Under the pieces are notes generated by a model. The model worked only from the letters and a program-made list of their open reading frames with translations. It was not told the DNA's origin and did not search any database. This document shows, in pieces, positions 12,267-25,365 of a stretch of 64,000 bases of DNA (positions are counted from its first letter, which is position 1; every line of letters starts with the position of its first letter). The DNA is from Octopus vulgaris (taxonomy: Eukaryota), in NCBI GenBank assembly GCA_951406725.2, contig OX597814.1, forward strand, positions 48,980,001-49,044,000, written 5' to 3'. Made by a program: the position numbers and the translations under genes.

Positions 12267-13249
12267 TGAATCAACTTTAATTATATTTTAATTACTAAAA
12301 TTGATTTGAATGCTTATAAGATTCTATAAATTCAACAGCATGAATATTGAACAACACTCTATTTGATGACATCTAGAAAAGATACCATTATTGAAAATTT
12401 ATTACCAATGTTCATTTTATCAACTCCAATTAGATTAGAAAGTTAACTTTTGTTTTGTGGATAGAGTACAAGATACTTCCAATATCAAAAATACAAAAAT
12501 TACTACAAATGTTAACTTTATTTTTACACAACAATAGTAGTTGAAAGCTAATTATTACAATCTCAGATATTATAAGTAATTTTAAAATGAATTTAAAAAC
12601 AAAATATATTCAATATTTCACCAAACTTTAAATTGGTCACTTTACTAAAGAAACAAGCAATAGAAGTGATTTTAAACTTTCATTTTTGACATGAACACAA
12701 TACAGATAAGTAAAAGCTGACTTTTACTGGCACATCTAAACCCATTTTATTTTTGTCTGAGAATGCAGAGCTTACAGCTTCTAGGCCAAACACAATACTG
12801 CAGAAACTGACACCCTTTCCTATAGTATTTCTAAGGCAGCAATTTTAAGCATCAATAATATCACCAGCTTAGCATCAAAAGCAGCTACACTTGAAATATT
12901 TTTAGATCTGAAGATTTCCATCTTTGAGAAAGAGGGACTATTACAAGCCTTTTTATCAGAGAGAAAGAAAGAGGGGGTGATTGCTCCACTCCAAAAGAAA
13001 GAGATAGTACAAACTAGATATTAAAAAAAAAATAAACCAAAAGCCACTCACACAACAGTTACCAAAAAAGTTTAGTTTGCACATGTGGAAAAAAAATCTT
13101 TGATAACTTTAAAATCAAGAAGAAATTTTATCTCCCAAATGATCTTGTAACACTCATGCTCTTATGCTGTTTCCTTGCTGCTTATGAAATATGTTTACAC
13201 CTATCCAGAGAAAGCATTTTAAACATAAATATATATATATATATATATA

Positions 13250-13650
13250 CTCTTTTTTTTACTCTTACTTGTTTCAGTCATTTGACTGCGGCCATGCTGG
13301 AGCACCGCCTTTAATCGAGCAACTCGGCCCCGGGACTTATTCTTTTGTAAGCCCAGTATTTATTCTATCGGTCTCTTTTGCCGAACCGCTAAGTGACGGG
13401 GACATAGACACACCAGCATCGGCTGTCAAGCAATGCTAGGGGGACAAACACAGACACACAAACATAGACACGCATACATATATATACATATATACGACGG
13501 GCTTCTTTCAGTTTCCGTCTACCAAATCCACTCACAAGGCTTTGGTCGGCCCAAGGCTATAGTAGAAGACACTAGCCCAAGGTACCATGCAGTGGGACTG
13601 AACCCGGAACCATGTGGTTGGCAAACAAGCTACTTACCACACAGCCACAC
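13250..13650 (-). mobile_element. tRNA-derived SINE (family C), near full length
   Basis: Minus-strand head GTGGCTGTGTGG..GGTTCAGTCCC and an internal CA/TA microsatellite; homologous to 28560-28935, 31738-32072 and 54480-54630. Confidence 0.8.
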
Positions 13651-13959
13651 TATATATATATATTCACAATAATTTTGTCTTTTAGCCCAATAACCATGAA
13701 CTGATAATATTGATAAAAATGCCACGAATTGAAGTATTAAATATAGTGTTTATCCTCAGGTCAGCCCTGATTAGGCGAAGCTACAATATACCATGGTCCA
13801 TCTTTAATCATCATATTTTTATAGACAGTTTATAAAAACTGCATTATGCAATATAATCTGACATCATCTTTTTTGACATACTAGGGTGTAACTGCAGGGT
13901 ATTTGGCTATTATTTTTATCAAGTGGTCCCTCGGTTTTCAGTCTGCTCTTGTTTTTTTT

Positions 13960-14400
13960 ATTTTCTCCAGGCCATTTCAGAGGAGTTTAAGATTAGCTGT
14001 TTGGGGAAACTCTAGTATGCTGACTTATGGAATCTCTCAGTGAATTAAAGAAAATATTGCAAACAGGAAAGCAAAACTTAGAACCAAGAGATCTCAAAGC
14101 AAGCTTAGAAATGACAAAAATTCTAGAGAATAGGAAAGAAGTCAGGATTCTGCTTCCATCAAGAAGGTGACTTTGCTCAAACTGTGAAAAGGGATCAGAG
14201 AAATTGACAGACTGAAAGACTTTGTATGCAACATACTCAAAAGCAGTGAGAAATAGGAGTATCCATGCAAATGAATTCTTTTAAATACTCAGAAGATTCT
14301 CCAGAAAAAGTTAATGGCTTCCATTACCTAGGTAGCCTAATTAGTCATACAGACAAGTGTTATAAAGGCACAGTAACCAGAAAACAGAATAAGATGAATC
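13960..14400 (+). mobile_element. Degenerate RTE-clade LINE fragment
   Basis: GFHYLGSLIS motif, similar to the RTE remnants at 40 kb, 52 kb and 59 kb. Confidence 0.5.
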
Positions 14401-14584
14401 GTTTTTCATCCTTGATCTCATTGTTTGTTTACATTTGGTATCTCAGATACGAAACTTCATAACAAAATCAGTGCTGGCTATAATTTCTATGGAAAATCTG
14501 TAGAGATGAACTTAACATGTAATTTAAGAGGACTTCTAACACAATAGTAAATGGTACTGACATTTAATATGCTTTGCAGTATAT

Positions 14585-15065
14585 TATGGTTGCATATTCT
14601 GAACGCCTTACTTCCCTGGGCATGGACACATTGAAACTCCGACGTCTGACAGCTAACTTGGCAGACACCCATAAAATTATCAACCATCTTACAAACAATA
14701 ACTCTGAGCACCTTTTCAAACTCCACCCGTCTAACACCCGTGGACATATTTACAAAGTCAGAAAACAGCACAACTCCCATGACTTTAGGAAACATTTTTT
14801 CACACTGAGAGTTGCTGAAGCATGGAACAAACTGCCGGCATCAGTTGTTAGTTGTCGGAGCACTGCATCCTTCAAAACTTCCATGCTTTCCAAGATTCGC
14901 CAACACTACACCTGATTTTCTCCCCTCCATACACACACAAGCATGTATCTGACTCATACATTGTTCCCTTTCCAGACATTTGCACATTACTGCATGTACT
15001 CTATACGCACTTTCTGACAAGTTGTGGTGCACCTGAGCACTGTATACAATAATTTCATTATTATA
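14585..15065 (+). mobile_element. CR1-clade LINE 3' end (ORF2 C-terminus plus 3'UTR)
   Basis: YSERL..LKLRRL..TRGH..K..RKHFFTLRVAEAWNKLP..VV...SFK is typical of a CR1 ORF2 tail; short ATT tail. Confidence 0.85.
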
Positions 15066-17684
15066 ATGAAATACCGTGTCCCTACAAGTCATTACAAAGT
15101 AATGAGATACTGTGCTAGAAGACCCATCCAAAGCAATCATAAAATGATTATGATAATTAAATATAAAACAAAGTTCTATAAAAAATTTATTTTTATAGAA
15201 TAATGAGTGATTAATAAGCTGATAGAAAAGAAAACAATCCTAGAATTCATGCACACTAAAGGATCAATGCATCATAAATTTTATTTTCTATGTCAGAATT
15301 AGGTCAAGCAGCATTAGGGCCAAGTTCAACAATATTAGCAAGGCTCCATAAATTTTATTATCAAATAAAACAAATCACAAAGAAAAACAAGACAGTCAAA
15401 ACATATCGACCACTATTGGAATTAATTTATTTAAACATAATTACCCTTATCCAAATAACTTGTTCAGTCTTTAGCAAGAAATTGTCAAAGTTTTATATAA
15501 ATTTCACTTAGTACTTTTTTTTCTTGAGATGTCAACAGATATGCAAAACAATATTTAACCCCCCACCTACCCAAAAATAAATTTTGCATCCCTAAAAAAA
15601 AAATCACAAAATGACCCCAAGGAAATCTTTAAAATGTTGCTTACTATCTAAAATATTTCAACATTCATCAAAGAATGGGTTTTATTTTTACCCCTTTTTT
15701 TTTACCATACTTCTGGTGAAACACATTGCCTTTAATTTCAATTAATTTTGAAAATAATGAAAAATTTAGTCAAATAAGTTTGTTATAAATTCTGATTGAA
15801 GGTTTTAATTTAAATAACTTTAAAACAGGAAGTTTGTATCAGAAAACTAGATGCAGTCTCAGGCAATTTCAGGAGGGTTGGTATCAAAAGAGTTAAATAT
15901 GAATTTAAAAACTGAAAAATTATATATTATTTTTTAAGAAAATTTTTAAAAAATTAACTTACAGAAAAATAATTACTTTCAAATTCTTAAATTAGTTTTT
16001 TTATTTTAGTGCTTATAACGAAATTTAAATAGGCAGCAGAAAATATGCATAATCTGACTAGAAAACCACAAACTTAAGTGACATACATTCTATACAACAC
16101 TAAGTAGGTGTTTATTAAGTCCAGAGCATCTGGTCTCTCAAAAAAATTTGATGAGATGTACAGTTTTATCAGCAGCCACAGATGTGCTATTTGGGAGAGC
16201 AAATGTACGCAAGGTACTATTCCAAAATATAGAGTTAAAGAAAGTACTATTAGTGAACTTAAAAGGTTGTATAACAGAAGTTTAAAACCTAGATACACAA
16301 TTACTTAACCAGATTCAATATTAAAGAAATTTCACCTGATTATATTAGAAAATAATATCAAAACTGAAATGCTTCAGTTTTAAACAAGTGAAGGTTGAAC
16401 AAACTCATGGCAATTAAAATCATTTTAAAATAGAAACATGGTTATCAATGGTTTACTACAGATATCAAAAGCATTAAATATCCATATCTAAACACCTCCA
16501 ATTACTAACAAACCATAAACTTGACAATATAATTTCTTACATAGGCTCAAGAACTTTGATAAACAGGATAATGGTAACAGGAAATTTAATTTTTATACTT
16601 TTCTGAAGAGCATTACTAGCTTAATTCTGGAAATTGGGCTCAGTCCATTGAAAACCTTTGTAACATATTTGTATGATTTTGGACAAGCAATCTATTTATT
16701 AAAAACTCTTTCGTCTCTCTCTCTCTCTCTCTTTCTTCCTGCATATTAAACACATGTAGACACCAATGTATATTACTAAGGTTGTTTATATGAGAGAGAG
16801 GAAAAAGAAACTTAAATAGCTCAACACTAAGGTATTAAACTAAGATTAAATAACCATGTAGGGGCCTACTTGAAAAATGATTTACTTTAAAATATTATAA
16901 GCAATTAAATAAACTTTAATACCAATGTTAAGTGCAATAATGTTGGGCAATTGCCTTTTTATAAATAGAAATATTTAAAAAACCAACAAAAACTATTTGA
17001 AAAAAGAGAAAGGAACTTATTGTGTAATGTGAATACATCTTGAATAAGCAGGAAGCCAAGAGGTTGTAGAGGAAGAAACTGCTAAATGGTGATGTCTATG
17101 TCCTCCCCAGAGTTTAGAGAAATATCTAATTCCAACTGGGAACCAAAACTAGGTCATAAGACTCCTTTCAGAGAGAATTTGCTATAGGTCATCAACCACA
17201 ACTACATAAATACTAATTATCAAAATTAAAAGTTAAAAAATGATTATGTGTGCATATACACACACAGTGTGTGTATTGATATTATTTTTATGCTTTTAAT
17301 TTTGAAAATATTCAGTTGTGCTAATAAAGAGACATCACTATGTAAAACTATATAAACATAATAAAGAGTGTAATAATATAATGGTATTCACACACAGCAC
17401 TGGGGTAAAATAGCCTTGCGCATAAGATATTGGAAAAGTTTCTCATGGTTTATGATTTCAAATATGTTTCTAGCATTTCATTGTCTTTCTGAGTAGAAAA
17501 CTTTATTCTACATTACCCCAGTTCACCTAGTTACCAGAAAGAGATGCAAGATCAATAATCTGAGAATGTACAGCCTCAGACTAAATTCAATGAGTATCTC
17601 AATCCACTTATCTATTGAATACAGGGTTTGTTTTGCATTATTGGATCTGTATACATCATTTAGTATGCTACACACATTTCAAGC

Positions 17685-18244
17685 TATTGGATTGTCTGGA
17701 AAGTTTGTGCCGATTTATAGTAGCTTACCTTTTGACTTATTTTAGAACATGGTTGAGTCCATAAAATAGGATTTGACTACACCTCCATTTAGAGCACAAT
17801 TTAAGCTATCTTTTCGTGGAAGAAGGTTTATGTTCCTATAACCTGTGTTAATTCTGTAACCCTTTAAAATGGAAGATAAGAAAGTTCATTTTTGGCACTT
17901 GATGCTTTGGGAACCAGACAAAAATTGCTGCAGCTCGGCTGGGATGTGTTACCCCACCCTCCATATTCACCAGATATTGCTCCTTCGGATTTCCACCTAT
18001 TCAGGTCTCTGCAGAATAGTCTTAATGGTAAAAATTTCAATTCCTTGGATGACGTAAAAAGATACCTTGATGAAATCTTTGCCATGAAACCACCTCAATT
18101 CTGGGAAGAGGGTATTTTCAAGTTAAAGGAAAGATGGAGATGCATTGTGCAACAAAATGGTTCATTGATTGATTAAAAATGTAATGGCAAGTATTTATTG
18201 ACCTTTTCCTTTCTTTTAAAAACCAGCAAACTTTCTGGACAATA
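17685..18244 (+). mobile_element. Internally deleted mariner element
   Basis: TIRs TTGTCTGGAAAGTTTG / CAAACTTTCTGGACAA. Transposase start MEDKKVHFWHLMLWE is fused to the C-terminus containing LPHPPYSPDIAPSDFHLF. Confidence 0.9.
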
Positions 18245-19539
18245 AATTCAACACACAAACCTATGACTAGACAGATATCTTCCTTGACTTTGCATAAATG
18301 TCAAAATGTGTGCACACACATGCACACATTGCAGTTGTTTTAGTGCAGTTTAAAGACTAAAATAACACACTGGACATATTTCATTATATTATAGTTGAAA
18401 CATCTACAATAAACAATTTGTTACAATCTCATATTTAGATGAAATTATATTAAAAATTTTGTTGTGTCTAAGGAGAGTAATTATGCCACACAAATTCACA
18501 AAGAACCTTGCAAACCAAATACAAAAATGAAGTATATTAATGCTAAATCACAAAGTTTAAGCTTTGCTTTGATGTATACAAGACATTAGCAGGATTACCA
18601 GAAAGTTGCTGTATTTGACTTTGAAATTTGTGCACATATACTTTGTTTAGTGGGCTACCAGTGATCCCTATTTTCAGTTTATTAACTTTCAGTTTCACTG
18701 CTGTTCAGAGAAATGTGAAACTACTAATTTCCTGTTGTTTTCATGTTTAGAAGTGGTAGCAGCTAAATATTCCAAATTTTCTAGAGATTATGTCAGTTTT
18801 TAATTGAAGTAAACGTGGCAACTGTAGCACAAAGCACAAATGCTAATTTTGGTGAGGGCTTTTCAAAGTAAATAAAGATGGAAAAGAGTGCCTTTGTGTT
18901 TTGAACAGCATGTAGAGAGATAAGCATAGACATAGTATGTTTGTTTCACTGCAATGAGAACAGAGACTAAGGCTTTTGAACAATAACCACTCAACCTTTT
19001 ATAGCAGATCAAAAGAAGCAAGTAGAAATATTCTAAAACTTTTAATTATCTTTTATCATAAAAGGTTTAAGGAATAAACATAGCCGAATATAAAACAAAT
19101 TGTGTGAGTGTGTATGTATTGATTCTTATAAAAATTAAACTTGTGAAAATTTAATAAAGCATATTGGCTTTCAGTTTCAAAACTTATGTACTATTTTTTT
19201 ATTTTCTATGTGAAAATTAGATTTCTTATTTTTACTATAGTAGGTCAATCATCATCAGTTGACTAATGTAAAAAGAAACACAGATCTTTTATAGAAAAGA
19301 AGATAACTTTAAAGCATTGCTTTTAACCCAAAAATAGTAATTTACTTGATCATGAAACCTCAGCTAACCTGTCAAATAATATTCTAGAAACTACAACCAA
19401 TCCTAACAGTATAATAATCTTTTATGTGGAATAATATCAAATCATTTTCCAACAAATTTTTACTTAAAAATGAATTGATTAAATACTTCAAGCTTATATT
19501 CAATAACCCCCCCCCCCAGAAGACACATTTAACCCTCAA

Positions 19540-20037
19540 ACATTGGGCCTCACAGAGGCAATGATGAAAGACTGAGACCTCTGGAGATATGCTGTGACTG
19601 CGAAGACCCAACAAATAAAGTGAGATCACGGCTGTATCCTACACCAGTTTCGCATAACCAGCCCCAGCCCATTCAAAAGTACCTTGGATTGACCTGCTAT
19701 GCTTACCTTTGACCTGCTGTGCTTGAGGAGACCTATTGAGTCAAGTACATCAGCATCAAAATAAAAATCAAATGGAAATTATAGTTGTGATACTCGAACC
19801 GGCGGCACGTAAAAAACACCATCCAAACATGGCCGATGCCAGCTTCCTCTGGCCCCTGTGCCGGTGGCACACAAAAAGCACCCACTACACTCAGAGCTGT
19901 TGGCATTAGGAAGGGCATCCAGCTGAAGAAACACTGCTAGATCAGACTGGGGCCTGGTGCAGCCTCCTCGGTCGAACAGTCCAACCCATGCTAGCATGGA
20001 AAATGGACATTAAATGATGATGATGATGATGATGATG
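19540..20037 (+). mobile_element. SINE-like family A / RTE 3' end with (GAT)n tail
   Basis: GGCATTAGGAAGGGCATCCAGC..CCAACCCATGCTAGCATGGAAA..(GAT)n. Confidence 0.75.
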
Positions 20038-20769
20038 AAATTAAAAATAACAAAGTTTAAATAAAATAAAATAAAAATTTGTAAGATTACAAAAGTTACT
20101 TCCCTTTAGAATATTTATATTAATATGATAGTTCTCAACTAACAAAGCAATAAGTACCCTTGGTAAAATTTAGGAGAGTATCAAACAATTCTGGCGTCAT
20201 TAACAGCTCACCTGCCCCCATTTCCCTATGCATCTCATTCTCCTCCCAGCCATGCTTAACACAATTCCAGTATGAAGCAGTCAAAATAAAACAGCTGTAT
20301 ACGAACTGGATTCTCAGTGAGGAGCTTTATGGTTTTTATTTACATAACAAAATCTTAATATAATGCAGCTGTGTGAAGAATCGATTTGATAATGAAACAG
20401 CTATTCATAACAAAGTACAAATATGTGGGATATTGCATGATAGAAAGTGTGTGCAAACACACACCAAACAACATTCACTAACACAAAACATTTATTAAAA
20501 ATAATGTACGAGTAAATTCAAAGATGCCAAGACGCAAGATTATTTCCTTACAAATTTTAGAAACCATCATCACTATATGTTCTGATTATACAAACCTAAA
20601 TCCTACTTTTTTTTTTTTTTTTTTTGCTGGTTTCAGTGTTTCAGTCATTGAAGTTCAACAACGATGGAATACTCCTTTGAAGAGTTTAGAGCTTTACTTG
20701 ATAATACTGAATTCCAAAGCGTGCATGCATGCACACACGCATGCTACTTATTTTATCTATACTATATTG

Positions 20770-21012
20770 CCGGTGGCATGTGTAAAAAGATTCGAGCGAG
20801 GCCGTTGCCAGTACCGCCTGACTGGCCCCCATGCCAGTGGTACGTAAAAAGTACCCACTACACTCTCAGAGTGGTTGGCGTTAGAAAGGGCATCCAGCTG
20901 TAGAAACGCTGCCAGATCAAGATTGCAGCCATCTGGTTCGCCAGCCCTCGGTCAAAATCGTCCAACCCATGCTAGCATGGAAAGCGGACGTTAAACGATG
21001 GTGATGATGATA
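20770..21012 (+). mobile_element. SINE-like family A copy
   Basis: Same core motif and (GAT)n tail. Confidence 0.75.
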
Positions 21013-21112
21013 TTTATCAAATGACTTAAGTTTTTAACTATTGGTGTGTATGTGTGTGCGCGTGTGAGAGAGAGAAAAACCCAACTAGTCTTCCTCTCAC
21101 CCACTCTCATGG

Positions 21113-21158
<46 letters not shown>

Positions 21159-21161
<3 letters not shown>

Positions 21162-21678
21162 AGTCTGATAAAAAAGTATTAGGGTTGGTGTTGGTACTAT
21201 AAAAGGAAAACTACAATCTATGTCAATTTGGCATTCAATCTCTTTCGAAGTAGTACCCTTCTGAACTCACACACTTTATCCAGTGCCTTTTCAATTGATG
21301 GAAGCATTCCTGGAACACCATTTTTGGGGTAGCAAGCAACTGTCTCACCACATTCTTCTGGATTGCCTTGACTTCTTGAAATCTTGTTGAGGTCTCCCAC
21401 AACGAAGATTAGGCCACCTGTTATGACTGTTTTCAAAATGTTTCCATCTTCCTCAACACTATCAAGGAGATCCCATGCAGCCAAAACCCAATCTTCTTTT
21501 TTGAGATGACCACATTGTACTACCAAGAACTAATATAAATTAATGGAAGTGAGCAAGAATGTCATAATTTTGTTTGCATGCTCAACAGAGTTCAAGGTCA
21601 ATCAAAGTCAAGCAGCTGTATCCTACATATTTTAGCTTTGTTACCATGGCCACAGACACTTTTTGATCAGACATTATA
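21159..21678 (-). mobile_element. Degenerate mariner-derived element
   Basis: TIRs GTCTGATAAAAAAGT / ACTTTTTGATCAGAC. Minus-strand ILKTVITGG resembles the ITGDE motif at the first catalytic Asp. Confidence 0.65.
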
Positions 21679-21683
21679 ATACA

Positions 21684-21714
<31 letters not shown>

Positions 21715-21747
21715 GTATGTATGTATTATAATGTCTGATCAAAAAGT
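21658..21747. repeat. Perfect 40-bp inverted repeat with 10-nt loop
   Basis: ACTTTTTGATCAGACATTATAATACATACATACATATATA followed by its reverse complement at 21708-21747. Confidence 0.92.
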
Positions 21748-21767
21748 ATATATATATATATATATAT

Positions 21768-21770
<3 letters not shown>

Positions 21771-21857
<87 letters not shown>
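21771..21857. repeat. (AG)n microsatellite
   Basis: About 43 AG units. Confidence 0.97.
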
Positions 21858-22205
21858 AGCTAACACTACTGAGGCTGTACCATAGATCATGGAGCTTATC
21901 TGAACCATGGTAGAAGAAAGCTATAATCAAGATAATGCAAGTTATGTATGAGGGATTATGTTTTAGATATCCATGCAATTAATTGCCATTAAATCTCTTC
22001 TTTACACAAACCATAATACAACACTAACCCCTCAAAATATTTTGAAAACCATCAAGAAATTACGTGTAATATAAATAATTTCACTTAATGCTCATGCACA
22101 TCCAAAGTCTTAGAATACCATACTTTTAATTTTGCTTCATTGTCAATTTCTGTCGTTAAGCTTTAAAAAAAATCAAAGTTCTAACTGTAGAATAGATTTT
22201 AATCT

Positions 22206-22290
22206 TCTACTACTACTACTACTACTACTATTACTATTATTATTATTATGGAGGAGGAGGAGGAGGAGGAGGAGGAGGAGAAGGAGGCAG
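22206..22290. repeat. Compound (CTA)n(TTA)n(GGA)n microsatellite
   Basis: Read directly from the sequence. Confidence 0.93.
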
Positions 22291-23419
22291 CGGCGGCAGC
22301 TTTCTGTAGCAAGAAAGAAATTCTTTCTGATTAATGGTTCTACCTGGTATGTTAAACTTTCTTCTTCCTCTCAGTTTATAATTTATTGCAGTTTACATTA
22401 TTTACTTTTTGTCAACATACATCACTCCAGTTCTACTGTTTATCATTGAATTCTAGATACTAGTGGGTTTTTAATCTTTCAACAGTAATTATTTTGTTGT
22501 TGTGATACTTTTCTTGAGACGTTTATCAAAGATTAAAGAAAAAAATAATTTAGAATTATTTGGTTACAAGTTGAAATGTTTATGTTGATATTTTTATTAT
22601 CATAAATTCTGTCTTTAATGTCAGTTATCATTGTTATAGTTGCTAGTTGCTATCATCAATATTCACTCCCCAAATCACACTTCCACAATACTGGATGCTA
22701 TATGATAGCTTTTTTCTTTCCTACTTCCTACTACACTCCAATCCCATCTGACAATAATATGGTCTTGCTACCATCTCTGATGATGTTCTAACCTACCCTC
22801 ATTTAATCTATGCATGCAAATATTCAAGTATATATGATGGGTCCAAGGTTATTTTCAACTTATCCTGGCTTTTAGAAAATATAGGTTGTAAGGAAAAACA
22901 AGCCAAGAACTTTTTAAAGATGCAGAAGAGTTTGTTTGACATCAATTACCATGATTAACTGGTGATAAGCCTGACAAGAACAAGAGTAGGGATCTTCAAA
23001 TTTCATCATCAATGCCTGCCAGGGCATCCTGGTCTGCTGGTAAACATTTTTTCTTTTTTTTTTTTTTCATCTCCCACCATCCCAATATAGTTGGAGGAGG
23101 AGTGGTGCTTGTTACTTCTGCAGTTCCCACTGTCTAGTGGGGGAAAATGTAGCTGATGTTCAGCTTGAACTTCTGTTAGTTGATTGAAGCAAGGAAGGAA
23201 ATGTATAGAAGGTTAGATTAAGCAAAGAGTTCAGTGAAATGTTTTTGAAATGAAACACTATAGAATTTATGAAAACAGGAGATAAGTGATTTATAGAAGA
23301 AGTAGCCATTGTTAAAGACGGAGCAGGAGAGACAAAGAAATGAAAAGTGTCAGTGGTTGTAGCATACTGGTGGAAGGGATTTTGCTAATCAAAATTTTTT
23401 TTTTTGGGGGGGTGGCTGA

Positions 23420-23461
<42 letters not shown>

Positions 23462-23513
23462 AATACATATACACACATATGTGTATATATATCTCTATAT
23501 ATATACATATATA

Positions 23514-23757
23514 TCATCACCATTGTTGTTTAATGTCTGCTTTCCATGCTGGTATGGGTTGGATGATTTGACTGAGGACTGGCAAGCCAGAAGGCTGCAC
23601 CGGGGCTCCAATCTCATCTGGCAAATGCCCTTCCTAACTACAATCACACCACATGCCACCAGCACATGTGCCAGTAAGGCAACGCTGGCAATGATCACGC
23701 TTGAATGGTGCTTTTTACATGCCACCAGCACAGGAGCCAGTCCTCGGCCCTGGCAAC
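23514..23757 (-). mobile_element. SINE-like family A copy
   Basis: Shared core motif, reverse orientation. Confidence 0.7.
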
Positions 23758-24253
23758 AGTCAGTCAGCAGCCCTGATACATATATATAAATACATATATA
23801 TATAATACAAAATGGGACAAGAACGCATCCAGACAGCTAGGTGATACAAAAAGGGACAACAAAACATCCAGATAGACGATACAAAGAAAACAAGGATGGG
23901 TCATTCAAAGTTTTCTTTCTTCAGTCAAGCATCAGATTATTCTTGAGATTGCTCGAATCTGGCCAGCTCCAAGGAAAAACTAAGCTAAGAGCATTAGATT
24001 CCTTGGAAGGAAGTACCGAATGTATACAAAAAGAAGGACGGAAAAAAACAAACAATTTTACTCAAACATAAATACAATAAAAATAATAACTGGACATAAC
24101 CGCAGGTGTCCTTCGACTAAGGACTAATTGAATTAAGCTGGCACATGTGGAAATGGCAGAGTTATAAAGATTTCACAAACACAGGGAGGAATATTGATAT
24201 GGCACAGACAAGGGTCAGACCAAGAAAGAGCAGGCTTATATATATATATATAT

Positions 24254-24316
24254 ATGCTGATGATGGCTGCACTTTTCCTTGCGGAAAATAACAGCCGAAA
24301 CTGAATTTAGTACATG
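24254..24316 (+). ncRNA. Type I hammerhead ribozyme (minimal, Penelope-type)
   Basis: ATG-CTGATGA-T-GGCTG[cac TTTTCC ttgc GGAAAA taa]CAGCC-GAAAC-TGAATTTA-GTA-CAT. It has the full core, an extended stem II, a self-complementary stem III (ACTGAATTTAGT), a GUA triplet and stem I ATG/CAT. Confidence 0.75.
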
Positions 24317-24558
24317 GGTAAATATTTATTTCGTATATTTTTCACTTGTTTATTGTTTTGGTTTGGTGTTGAGTTTGATCTGAGAACATAGACTTTTTGT
24401 GGAGAATGGCGATTTGACGTATATATCTAGCATGTTGACTGTCCACTTTTCGTGTTCAGTCCTTAATTGGTATATATAAATATTTTAATCTTCGGATTCT
24501 TTCTTTAATATGCTAGACCACTGGTTCTAATTGATAAATATCAATTTTTACCCTTAAT

Positions 24559-24564
<6 letters not shown>

Positions 24565-24597
<33 letters not shown>

Positions 24598-24676
24598 CAT
24601 GTATATACATGCATGCATATATATACATGCATATATATACATACATATATACATATATGCATACATATATGCATAC

Positions 24677-24707
<31 letters not shown>

Positions 24708-25105
24708 CACATATATATACATACATATATACATATATATACATACATATATATACATATATATACATACATAAATATACATATATATACATACATAAAT
24801 ATACATATATATACATACATAAATATACACATATATATACATATATATATATACATATATATATATATACATATACATATATATATACATATATATATAT
24901 ATACATATAGAAATACATATATATATATATACATATATATACACATATATATCAGTGCACACATATATATATATATATATATACATATATACATATACAT
25001 ATACACATATACATATATATATAAACATATATATATATACATATATGCATATACATATATGCATATACATATATACACACACACACATATATATATATAT
25101 ATACA
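24565..25105. repeat. Complex (TA)/(TACA) low-complexity tract
   Basis: Read directly; explains the Y/I/M/C-rich spurious ORFs. Confidence 0.95.
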
Positions 25106-25124
25106 GGTTTTTTTTTAAGAGATG

Positions 25125-25360
25125 AGTACATTATTTACATTTGATGGATATTTGTCCTTATCTTATTTGTTATTAACACGTTAACTGATATACCCTCCAG
25201 CTTTCATCAGGTGTCTTGGGGAAATTTCGAACCTGGGTTCTCATTCCTGAGATATTTTTTGATGTTATGATTATTATTATTATTATTATTATTATTAGGT
25301 CACTGCTTGGATTCGAACTCGGAGTAGCCCATGGTCTTAACCACTATGCCATATGCCCAT
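25125..25360 (-). mobile_element. tRNA-headed element with (AAT)n linker and degenerate hammerhead-like tail
   Basis: Minus strand: A box TGGCATAGTGG and B box GAGTTCGAATCC (25298-25358), then (AAT)n, then GACAC-CTGATGA-A-AGCTG..CAGTT-AAC-GTGTT. Confidence 0.7.
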
Positions 25361-25365
25361 GCCTT

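Noticed and set aside
21713-22449. Poly-RE, poly-LS, poly-L and poly-R ORFs
   Set aside because: They are microsatellite translations.
24513-25118. Five long overlapping ORFs
   Set aside because: They come from the low-complexity TA/TACA tract.
25298-25358. Functional tRNA gene
   Set aside because: A and B boxes are present, but the anticodon region is shortened and it is fused to a repeat tail; treated as a SINE-like head.
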